NCBI RefSeq assembly: GCF_009914755.1
Contig: NC_060933.1
Reading direction: 5' to 3' (one strand)
Length of the DNA: 64,000 nt
DNA from: the human T2T-CHM13v2.0 reference genome, Homo sapiens
Positions 24,517 to 44,628 of the stretch are shown here, piece after piece. Each line of letters opens with the position of its first letter. Position 1 is the first letter of the stretch. Both the position numbers and the translations under genes were made by a program. The notes beneath the pieces were generated by a model. It saw nothing but the letters and a program-made list of their open reading frames with translations, was not told where the DNA came from and did no database searches.

Positions 24517-27500
24517 GTAAGCTGAGAGACTTAGACACTTCTTTTTGTAAAGTTCTGAAATAAAAGCCCACACTCCCTAAATCTAGAAAATGATACGCCT
24601 TTCTGAGCAATCTGAAGACCGTGTGAACGCACCAGAGCACCTTTCCCCGATGTGTGCTCTTGCAGAACCACAGTGGGCTCTGCGTCTACTGGCCAGGTTG
24701 GTTCATCGATGTGGACATGGCCAGGTGAACTTGACGCCCTGTCATTTTCACTGTCACTCACCAAAGGAACATTTGTGTTCAGGGCAGGTGTTCAGGAAGT
24801 GCTGGCTGGTTTAGGATTGCAAGGAACTTGCAGCGTTCTCTCTGTTTGTGGGGGTGATCACACTAGGAAGAGTTCACATTCTTTTTTAACCGGGGCTGGC
24901 CCTGCATTCCAAATGGAACACAGCCAAGCTCTGGACAACAACAGATGGCTCCGTCTCTGCAAAATGCAAACTTGATCCTGCTCGGAGAATTTATCTTCTG
25001 CTAAAATAGTACCCCAAGCAGTAAATAAAGCAAATATTCTGTAGGATTCCTATGTGGGGGGTGCACAGAAAGTTTCTCTGTCAAAGTTGACATTTCAAAA
25101 ACGTATCTGGACTGGATAAGACACATAGCTGTTGGGTTATTCAGCCCCAGTAATGGATGTACTGTGCTTCAGGGAGACTTTCTAAATGTAACCATGTTAA
25201 TGGAGCTCATAACTTTACTAGTAGATTAATGAGGATCTGAAAGATAGGGTAAGTCTGATCTGTTACTGGATAATGTGGTGATTAATGTTTGTGATGTAAT
25301 AAGGAAGCCCTAATTAGAAAACTACAGGGGGAAAACCCCAACAGGCTTTTTCACTTAACCAAAGCTTCCACCATTGAAAGAAATTTTGAAGTGTCATTTA
25401 ATAAGCTTTATGGACTCAGGATATAAAATCAGAGTAAAGCTTATTACATGTTGAATAGAGTCAGTAACATTACAATCCATTGAGACTTCATATCTTTTCT
25501 TATGAAAATTCTTAAATCAGAACAAGTTACTATGAAAATATGATTTGTAGTTATAATAATAAATGGGGCTATGTTTGTGTTCTTTCAACGATATTTTACC
25601 TTTTGTTCTTTTAAGAGTATGAGAAACATACACCACCATTTTCAAGAGGACACTAACCTATGATCCAATTTTTCACTCTGCTTAAAACTTTCAATAAATT
25701 CATTCAAAGTGCTAATAGGCAAAAACAAAGATTCCCGTTTTTTAAAGTGAATTTTATAACCCTTTTCTTTGAAAAACATTTTGGAATGCCTGATCTTAGT
25801 AATAGTTTTCCTTCCCTATATACATAGAATATTTACCTCAAATTACTCTTTTATACTGGAAGAAAATTCTGGAAATAAAAAACTAAGAAAACCTTTAAAC
25901 TACCTTGCACACATATATACATTGTAAGAGATTTTTCTACATTGGAAATTTATGTATGAAATATGATACAGTCTTTTAAATAATATTGGTGAAATACTTT
26001 TTTTGCATCCTATTTAGCAGTTTTAGAGGTTAATGACAAGCCGAAGGGATCAGTGACCAAGGCTTTGTCAGCACTGTTAACTTCAACCCATCACTAATTG
26101 CTGGAAATGTCTTGGGTCTAGGAGGTTAACTCTTGTACAAGATTAAGGAGAAGGAAACATAAACTCTTACTACTATCTTTATGGGCTGTGTCCTTTAATT
26201 TGGAAGGTACAGGGCAATTATCGTTTTGGCCAATAATTAGCTGATCTGCAGACTTGCCTTTCATATGGCTTAAACCATCATTCAGCTCTTTGCCCAACAG
26301 TTTTACAATTAAAGATTTTATATTTAAAAGGGAAATACTTTTAAATATTCTATTATATTTAGTAGTAGATAGTAGATAGTCTATTATTTCTATCTACTTT
26401 AGTAACTTATGATTTTTATATCCCTTCCCAGAGATGGTTTCATATTTTTTCCTAGAATCTTTATGTGGGGGCTTTTATCTCTTAGAAAAGTCTATTCATT
26501 TGTCTATAAGACCACTGGGGTACTCAAAGTGATCTAGGACAAAACAAAGTCTTCCTAAAGTGCAGCAATTTAAGCAAACAACCTTATTTCTCAGGTGCAA
26601 GAAAATGCCCTCTGAATCCTCCAATTTCACACTTGTCACCGAGGGCTTTGTATTGGGCAGGGAAAACATCTTAGGTATCTCTGTGGTGTCCATTTTTGTT
26701 TTAGCACATAGTAGGCCCTGAACGTGCATATATCAATTTACTGCATAAATGTGAACCAAGTCTCCTTATGGGTATCTTTAATTACAGAAACACTTCTTAT
26801 TTTTCAAATAATCATGCTATATCAACACAGCTGTTCACAACAGTAATGCTCATAACATATTAATAAGTGAAACAAGAAAGGATGTAAATTATCCATTTTT
26901 TAAAAAAAGAAAATATTCTTAAATTATTTGAATTATTAAATAAAGCCACACAACTACAAAGTTGACTTATGCAATTAGGTGTCTCTCTTTTTGAAAAAAA
27001 CTCCAGGTTCTTTAAAGAGCAGACGAGTTGGGAAGCTTTAGGAAACAAAGCAAAAATCCTCAAAGCAGTCTACTTAGTCTTGCCTTACATCAATCACCCT
27101 TTCTTATTAACCTCTCACCCTTAAACCGTGCTGCAAGGAGGTGGGGGCAAGTATGTAGTGGGCTGGGGGTGAGGACAGAGTGATAAAATGTAAATTATGT
27201 AGAAGAGGGCTGCAGCTTTAACAAGTGTTTCTGTTTATTCAGAGCCTTCCTCTGAGATGCTCCAAGTGTTTTATAAACGTTATCTCCTTAATCCTCTGGA
27301 ACAAGTAGGTGGCAACTCTGGCTCTTTACTTGACAGATATTTTATCTATGATTGGAAAAATTAAATGCCAGCAGAAGATCTTAACAGAAAGCAATTGGAT
27401 GATGACAAAGATTAATTTTAATGCATGCCCTCAAGAACAATTCCAAGCCGTCTACACACTCCCCTCTTGTTTTTCAGCCACATGTTTTAGCCTCTTCCAG

Positions 27501-27934
27501 CATGCAGCGTGCTCACGTGGTAGGATTCTCAAGAAACCGGTAACAGAGTTGCTTTGAGAGAGGGAAATTTGGCAGTTGGAGGGAGGGACTGAAGGAAAAG
27601 GAGACTTTTCACTGTCTATATATTTGCTTATATACCTTTTGGATTTACCTATTTAAAAAATAAATTTAAAAACCCTCCCAGAACAAGAGGGCAAAGTCAG
27701 CTGGATGATCTACTCACTTCCCTGACGTCCCCTCCAGTCCCCAGGAAACAGTAGCTGGGCTTTAATCTAACTCTTTCTTTGTAATATTCTGAATAGAAAT
27801 CATTGAAGAAAAATGAGTACACAATTTACAGTCCATATTAAATGTATAACTTGAGGGATTTAATGGAAATGAGAAATGCAGTGTGTTGAAAGCCTCTCTG
27901 GATCTTTCTTCCTCTCTGTGGATTTATATATTTA

Positions 27935-28030
27935 CAGATGTTCCTTAACTTACGATGGGGTTAAAGTCATAAAGTCAAAAAATTTTAAAGTCAAAAGAAA
28001 TCCCAAGTTGAATCGTAAGTCGGGGGCTTT
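27935..28030. mobile_element. Internally deleted TcMar-Tigger MITE (MER47-like)
   Basis: ta|cagatgttccttaacttacgatggggtta ... tcgtaagtcgggg: MER47-like ends with inverted acttacga/tcgtaagt. Confidence 0.65.
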
Positions 28031-28489
28031 ATATACTGCACTTCATTCATCTGGGTGGCTGATAGCATCAAAGAAATTTCAGGTCTATTTACAAACCACC
28101 AAAAGTTTTTAAAAGTTTTAAGAAACTTTTAAAAGGAGGTAATTTTCCACTTTTTCCTGATTTCACCCGGTCTTCAACTTCTTATCAATGTTGGTCTTGA
28201 TTGAATGAAATGGATGTAGGAGTCTTAGGCTGACTAATCATGAAATATACAATTTTAGGGAGAAAAGAAAAGAACTAAATCAGGGTAATTGGTGGTGGTG
28301 GGGTGAGAAGCAGACTTGACGACTGTATATACAATTTTGCACCCACCTCCCACGGTTTGACGTTCGTTCCAGTAAATTCCAAGAGTACTTACTATTGTTG
28401 CCAGACAGGCCGTGTCTTCAAGCACAGGGTGAAGGAATCCAGGGCACTTTCCCTCTCAGCTTCTGTGGGCTCCAGAGCTGTGGTGACTC

Positions 28490-28640
28490 CGAAGGGCATA
28501 CAGAGCAATTCCCTGGGGATCTTGTTAAAATGCAGATTCTGGTTCAGGTCTGTGGGGGGCCCTGGATTCTGCATTTCCAACACATTCCCAGGGGCTGTCC
28601 CTGCTGCTCCCACAGGAGCACGCTTTAAGTAGTGAGGATT
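28490..28640. mobile_element. MER5-type hAT-Charlie MITE
   Basis: ctggggatcttgttaaaatgcagattctg...ctgcatttccaaca..cccagg. Confidence 0.7.
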
Positions 28641-28722
28641 TAGACAGAGCTTGCATCTGTTATAACTGGTTTCCGCTGCATTTAACTGACTACCAGCCTC
28701 CCACAATTAAAAGTTCCTCCCA

Positions 28723-29175
<453 letters not shown>

Positions 29176-29554
29176 CTAGAAATCTGAAGCTTGGCAGACA
29201 GGGAAGAAGGAGTCTTTTCCACAGTGTCTCAGGGATGGTGGAGCTGTCCACTTTTCCTTGCAGATTTATCCACTTTTCTTTGCTTCGTCATCTTTTTTGA
29301 GTGATTTTCATTGTCAAGGTCACAATATAGTGGCTGCCCTTCCAGGTATCACGTTCATTTTCCATGAGGATGAAGAGGTCATGAGAGAGAACAAAAGGTA
29401 TATGCCAAGTGAGTCTCCATCTTTTAATTGGGAAAACAGCAGCCTTCTGGGAAGCCAGACTCCTACTTCTCATTGGCCAGCAGACGTCTACTAACATCTC
29501 ATCAGCCACATGACTGCAGGAAGCTTCAAGGCAGCTTTGTAAATAAAAATTCTT

Positions 29555-29861
<307 letters not shown>

Positions 29862-29935
29862 TTAGCCAAGCATATTGTCACCCTGAACAAAATAATGATT
29901 CTGTTAGAAGGAAGGGAAGAATAGACATTAGGTAG

Positions 29936-30345
29936 GTGTCATAGGTGGAATAATGGCCCCCCAATGATGTTCATGACTAAATCACTGGAACCTGTGATTA
30001 TGTTATCTTCCACAGCAAAGGCAACTTTACAGATGTGATTAGACGGGAGGATTCTCCTGGGTTACCTGGAGGGCCCACTGTAATCACAAGGCCCCTCACT
30101 AGAGGGAGGTGGGCGGGTGAGCGTCTGAGGGGAGATGCGCTCTTAGAAGCAGAGGGCAGAATGGTGTGGGGCTGCGAGCCCAGGAGAGCAGGCGGCATCT
30201 AGAGGTGGGGACACAGCTCTCTGGACACTTTTTATTTTAGGTCCACAAGATCCTTTTTGGAATTCTGACTTTCTTTCAGAGCTTTAAAGTAAGTTTGTGT
30301 TCTTAAGCCGCTGTGTGGTAATTTGCAATACGAAACTCATGCAGT
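29936..30345 (+). mobile_element. MaLR LTR (MLT1D-like)
   Basis: gaataatggccccc..gatgt..ctggaacctgtga..tatgtta...gcaaagg..actttacagatgtgatta. Confidence 0.75.
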
Positions 30346-30767
30346 GTCGCCTGGCGTTGTCTGTCCCAGAGTTAGGAGGAGGTGTGAGGAGACAGGGAGA
30401 AGTACCAGGACACCAGCCCTGGGCAGGGCCCAATGCAGACGCACCAGCAGGTGGGCCGCCTCCCGGAGGGGGTAGTGGACGGCAGGAGAGGGGCACACAG
30501 CCCAGAGGCGGCAATTGTCTGAACTGTGAACATTCGCTAATTAGGCTGGTTGTTTTATTCGTATTGGCAAAAGGCTTTTTCTTAGATAGGCTCACGGACT
30601 GCGAGGGAGCCTCAGTGATCACCCAGGCCAGACAGCTCCTCAGATTTCCCTGGAGGGACTGGAGGCCTGAATCTGAAGAGACTCCCCAGGCGAGACAGTG
30701 GGACCTCCCGAAGCTGTTTCAGTGCTTCCCACCACTGCCGGCTGCTTCCTGCTCTGGCGTTCTAGGT

Positions 30768-31404
30768 CGGGCTGCCAGGACAAATACAGGATGCCCCAAG
30801 TAAATGTGATTTTCAGATAAACAACAAATAACTTTTTCAGTATAAGCATTATCTGAGTTTCTTATTGGTTCCGTAACAAATTACAGTGGTGTAAAGCAAC
30901 ACAAATTAATCTAACACTGCTGCAGGTAGCTAGCCCCGGGGTCTCCTGGGGCTCAAATCAGTGTCTAGGAGGGCCATGCTCCTTCCGAAGACTTCAAGGA
31001 GAGTCCGTTTCTTTGCCTATTCCCACACTTCTAGAAGACGACTGCATCCTTCAGCTGGTTGGTCCTTCCTCCACCTTCAATTTCTAACTCTGGCTCTCCT
31101 GCCTCCCTCCTCTAAGGACTCTGTGGTTACATTTGGACCAGTCACTTCACCCAGGACGACCTGCCCTCTGAAAAGCCTTAACTTAATCACATCCGCAAAA
31201 TCCTTTTTGCCATGTAAGGGAATATGTTCCAAGTGTTAGGAATATCTGTCCATGGACATCTTTGTTGGCCCCTTTTCTACCTGCCACAAGTGTGTCCTAA
31301 ATATTGCATGGGACATACTTACACTAAAAAATTATTCATTGTTTTTCTGAAATTCACATTTAACTGGGGATACCATATTTTTATTTGCTAAATGTGGCAA
31401 TCCT
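30768..31404. mobile_element. MER53 palindromic MITE split by an MLT1 LTR (30850-31288)
   Basis: Left half gggctgccagg..aaatacaggatgccc...cagataaacaac..aataa; right half gtcctaaatattgcatgggacatactta...ctaaatgtggcaatcct. Degenerate 5-bp TSD agcat/agtgt. Confidence 0.85.
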
Positions 31405-31989
31405 CATTTTTGGAAGTGTAGATAGGGTGTATTCTCTTCTCTATGGCAATTACTCCACCTACAACTTTATCAGTAAACAAAAAAATTGGATTTGGACAGG
31501 TGAGCGTCTATTGAAATAAATGCCTTCCTTTTTAGAAAAATTTATATTAATTAGCTTTTTAATATTCTGAACTATATTTTTAGTGAGCAATTTCTATTTA
31601 ATTAATCTTCAACAGGGAACATAAGAGTAACTGAACACATTACAGCAGTCAGACAGAAAGTACACCAAGTATTTATTTGAAATATTTTGAATTTCTCCAC
31701 ACACCACATGGTCCAGTTCTCTCAACCAGCCCATTAATAAATCTGTTATCCAAAAATGTGGCTCTAAACGTGGCTTAGCGTGGTTGCACTTGATTACTGA
31801 GTGTCTGGAATGTCTTTCTCTCTTAACCAAAACACTTCAGGGGCAGAAGAGACACCAGGGAGTGGGACTCCCACAGCTTGGGCTGGGTTCAGAGCTGATG
31901 TCTCCCTCGCTAGCTGCTTTCTGAATAACGCCCTGGAGATGTCTCTGTGACACTGGGGCCTCCTCTTGCTGGGCTCTTTACTTCTGTAA

Positions 31990-33780
<1,791 letters not shown>

Positions 33781-33959
33781 TGACATCTCCTCTTCTGTGA
33801 AGTCTTCCCCAACCTCCTCTTTCCCAGTCTACACCACACCCTCCTCGGGCAGAGTCAGATATCTCCACATCCTTTGCACTCAGCATCCCAAACATATGTT
33901 TGCTGATAAACTGAACTATTTTCCTACTCTTCTGGTTGGCGTGTGACCTGGAGGTTAAT

Positions 33960-34375
33960 TTAAATAATACATTCCATGTCCTCGTCACAGTGATTGCTTC
34001 CTGGGTGGGGGGGTCCTATGAGCCACCCTGTTTCCATCAGCGTCTTCTCAGGACATTTATTGCAATGGTGGGACAGAAGTACTCTTTCTTTCCTACTGAT
34101 GTGGACAAAGCCTGTCACCTGGAATCTGGTGGCAGCTGTCTTTGGCTGGTGAGAGGAGCCACCCTCGGGACGGAGCCAGCACTGGGAAAGCAGCTCTGAG
34201 AACTGGGGAGAAATTCCGGCCGTGGTCATGTGGCTATGTTTCTGGAACAGGCCTTAAGATACTCTTGCTTCTAGACTTTTCAAGTCTTGGAGCCAGTAGA
34301 TCCCTTTGATCACATAAGCCTGTTTGAATTAGATTTTCTATTATTTCCAGCCAGAAGCATCCTAGCTGATACAGA
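33960..34375 (+). mobile_element. Old MaLR LTR (MLT1J/K-like)
   Basis: 3' end taagcctgtttgaattagattttcta...ccagaagcatcctagctgataca. Confidence 0.55.
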
Positions 34376-36021
34376 TACCTATGTTACTCATTGGTGTCTT
34401 CATCAATGCTTCCGGAGTAATTTTGTGTCTGCCTAACTTCTGCCCATAGAAAAACATCTTTGTGATCCCAGAGCCTTGCTCAGTTTCTAGCTCAGTTGGA
34501 ACTCAATAAATGTTGCCTGAGTTCGTTTTAGGAAAACACTTTTTTGCACTATACTCTTGTTATTTTTACAAGTAATGAAATAAAAACCTACTTTCCTCAC
34601 CTTTTGCAGATCCCAGCGTCTCCCAAATTCCAAGGCTTGATTACTTTTTCTGACATCTGTGTCATCTCACCTGGAGCCACATGAATCTCTCAGTATCCCT
34701 ACTCTCCTGCTTCAGCCCCTGCCCACTTCCTGTGGAAGCTTTCCAGGAGGCTATGCCTGGGCAGTTAGCCAGGCTGGCAAGTGGTGGGTTTAACAGAGCA
34801 CTGCATAAACACACCCACATCCTGCGTAAACAAGATGCACCTAGTCTCTGGCAACTTTGAATTTTAAGAATGATTACAGAAACACAGCTGTAAACGTGGA
34901 GATCTTTTTTGAAGTGTATGGACCTCGTTCTGAGCCAGCTCACCTCTGGACCAGGCTGGGAAATCATGTGGGAAAGAGATTCTGCTGGCAGATTCAGAGG
35001 GCCTGAGAATGAATCCCTTCTCAGCAACCAGGCGCAGGTTGGTTGCTGGGAAGCACTCTGGAGTTGTCTCTCCCGACTGACATTCATTCACAATATCTCC
35101 ACCTGGGAAGTGCACCTGTCCTGCCCTTTTGACAATCATGCCAATTTTATCACACTCCCTGTATGTCTCTTGTACAAAGAATGAGAACTCAAAACATCTG
35201 TGGGAAGAAGGCACCAGGAGAATGATTTCATGCTTGATATATTTGCATACATTGGCAATAGCAAGAAAAAAAAGCCCCTATTTTGAACTAATTCAAGTAC
35301 ATAGGACCAAAATATATTTTAATAGTTCAACATTGAATTCAGTGAGTTCTTAGACACCAAAGGAGGAAATGTCTGCTTCAATTGCAAAATAAAACTGACA
35401 CTGATTCTAAAAACATTAAATGACATCAAAGTGGGCCGTGCCAGTCTCATATTTCAGACGTGACTTAGTGTTGTGTATTTTTCCAGAGCCCACCTCATCT
35501 GGGAAAAACTACTGCTAATGATTTATGTATGATTTATCACCACCAACCCCACGGTAAAAGAGTGAACTAGCCAGTATCAACCTGATTTTTACACCAGAGG
35601 CCAGAAACCTCTTTCCTTCCTATCGCCTGGGGTAACTTAGGGGCGAATGTTACCTTTTGAACATGAAACACCCTCAATCCCTGTATTTCTTTCTCTTCCC
35701 CTTGACTCATGAAACACCCAGAGGTAAAAAAATAACAGGGGGTGTGGGAGGCAGACACCCACATAAAGAAGCAGAATTTATGATTTGTATCTTACAGATT
35801 TGTTAATGGGTTTGCTAACACTTCTTTCTTTCATTGACTTGGTGCTTGAAACTCTCATAAGCGTGTAATTTTCAACTCACAGTGTTCCCAGGTGAGGCAT
35901 GGTTGTGGCGATACAGCAGACGGACACCCACAAGTTATTTCTAACAATAATGACCTGCTCCAAGGGTCATTGCGGACTTTAATTTTAAAGGGTGAGCTTG
36001 AAATATTTCACATCATTGTGA

Positions 36022-36288
<267 letters not shown>

Positions 36289-36670
36289 TAACAGAGGGGC
36301 AGCTCTTATCTCCACATTGCCTAAGATGTTATGATTTTAATTTCTGCAACGTAGTGACCATGGCCTTAAAAAAAGTCAGTAATCACATTGGACTATCTCA
36401 GTGCGGGTCACAGAACACAAGTTTGTAATGCTTAATGACATCTGTGGGAACTGCTCTGTGAAAACGGAATTTCTGAGCTGAGAAGTCCACATCTCTGTTC
36501 ATCTACATGAATTTATTAATCAGTTAACAAATAAATACTCAACATTTATTCCATGCAACGGTAACAAATATGAGGGAACCAAAAAGTATAAGACACGGTG
36601 CCTGTTTTGAATTGCTTACAATGTAACTGAAGATAAAAATTACTTCATAAAAAACCCCATATTCATCCTT

Positions 36671-36997
<327 letters not shown>

Positions 36998-37341
36998 TCA
37001 GCTCAAGACTCCTACCTGGCTCTCCTCCAGTGTCCTTCGCCGGAAGAGTCAATCACTGCTTTTTCTGGACTTTGCACTACTTTCACTCTGAACTGTAACG
37101 ATTGCTACGGGCACCTTCTACACAGTTGCCTAGTACAGTGCAACATGGTGGGTGTTCGACAAAATGTAAGTTACAACAACAACGAACAAAGGAGCCAGTG
37201 CACCAGAAGAACCAAAGAACATTCTGGATTGTCATAAGCATAAAACCAGTGGGGCAGAATGAGCGCTCACTCCAAGTTGGAGTGGTCGGTGGGGACATCT
37301 GAAATAGACCAGACCTTCATGCCTGGGATGGTCAGCTGTAG

Positions 37342-41210
<3,869 letters not shown>

Positions 41211-41343
41211 ATCTATATTTGCAATATATTCAGATAATAACAAAATGTTGATTGAAAAAAAGACAAGTAGATATAGGATGTGATGTTACGCCAGCTAAGA
41301 AAAAGCTTAGATATGGGCAGAGTGGGCGGTTTTTTCCATTGGG

Positions 41344-41357
41344 GCAGTAGAGGGCAC
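41344..41357 (+). promoter_or_regulatory. Candidate CTCF core motif
   Basis: gcagtagagggcac matches CCASYAGRKGGCRC at 13 of 14 positions. Confidence 0.45.
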
Positions 41358-41759
41358 CTGCCACCTTTTCTCTCATTTGCTCTGCGTCTCTTCTTTTTGG
41401 AGGAACAGAGCCAGTAATGGAACCAGAAAGAGTGAATTGCCCGAGTCACTGCTGGTGGGTCCCTCACACTCCATCTATGCACTTCAGATGGAATGGAGCC
41501 ATCCTGTCACAATAAATGGGCTCACGGTTGTTTACTGGGCCCAAGCCAGGCCAATGAGCCTCATTACAATGAGGATGCGATGTTTTCCTTTTGAAGGGAT
41601 TAGCTACTATGGGGAGGATATCTTAAGCCCAGAGCTGTGGAAGGCTACTTTTGTCGTCTTTTATTGAACCTGCCTGTCAAATCTAGAGAACTCCATCAGA
41701 TTAGGTAATTATGGAATGCAGTTTGTGGTAACCAGCCTCCAATATCACCTTGGAGTTGT

Positions 41760-42891
<1,132 letters not shown>

Positions 42892-44270
42892 GTGGTCTAA
42901 TATAGCTCACTCCGATTTGCCCCAGCTTAAGACAATCCATTTTTTCTTAACTCTCCTTGTTTTTATTTTCTCAATGACTCAGCTCCTTCTGGGCCAGAGT
43001 CCCTTGAGAGATTGCCTGTCCTCAGTGATTGACCACACTCTGTTCCTCGCCCGAGCCCTGCTGCCGGAAAGCCCCCTTGGCCACAGTCATATTAAGACAT
43101 GATCCTTAGGTTTCCTCCTCACAGACACCACACCTGATTCTATAGTCCTTGGCTTATTTCCATGCTCTCATTGGAGCTTTTTCCTCCCTGCAAAGTTCCT
43201 CTTTCCCCAAGTAGCTCCACTCCTTGCATTGCACTTTTCTTGTATTTTCCATTCTTTTTTCTCTACCTCTCTCGCTCTCTCTTCTTCTCTTATAATCATA
43301 GAATTTTCCAAATATGTCACTCCCTAAATGTGTCTACTTTTTCACAATACTGGTGACTTTGTCTGTGCCGTGTGTTACACTCATTGGTCCATTCATTCAT
43401 TTAACAAGTACTTCTTATGTTCCTGCCACGTGCTAGGCACTAGGCTAAGTGCTGGAATACTTCTGCCTGGAACACCCTCGCCTCCGAATGCCCTCTTTCT
43501 CCACCTGAGCTTCCACCCAAGTGAATTCATCTGACTTTTATTATGGGCTCATTCAAGGTCAGACACCGCGCTAGACATGCTTTAAACCTCAACTCAAATC
43601 ACAATTTCTTATAAGACTTCCTTTTTCCTCCAGCCAGAGTTAATTGCTCCCACCACACTCTATATTGGCATTCCCATAATGTTTTGTTTGTTCATTTGTG
43701 TATTCATTCATTATTTCATGGGCATTTTTGAGAGTCTGCTATATGCCTGACACCATGTTAGGAGCTGGGAAAGCATGGTGTGAGGTAAGTGCCAACAGAC
43801 ATTTGTACCTAATGCAATGGAAACTCCAAGGTAGAGAAACTAATTGCATGTTGTAATTATTTCCCTTGGTCCCCGTGTTCTTCACAGACCTTGAGCTACC
43901 TGAAAGCATGGATTACCTCTTCTGGTTATTCCCACAACCTAGCACAGCCTCTAGCGCACGGAAGGTACTTAATAAAGATTTGTTGTGTGTTTGAAGCTCA
44001 GTACATGCTATTTGACAAATTGGGAGCCAACCTGCGTTGGATCATCAAACAGCCACAGGAAAGTAATTATCTCCCTGGGCCATCACATTTTGGTTTTTAT
44101 CTTTTCTCCAAGTTGATTTAAAACAAAAGCTCATCTACAACTTAATTACATTTCAGCCCCTCTGGCCTGGTCAGGTTGGCAACATGCCAAACCCACAGGT
44201 GGAGTCATAGGAGCCGGTGGGTAGGTAGGAAGCGGCGGCTCGAGAATATTGGGCGCTTAGAGAGAAGTGA

Positions 44271-44628
<358 letters not shown>

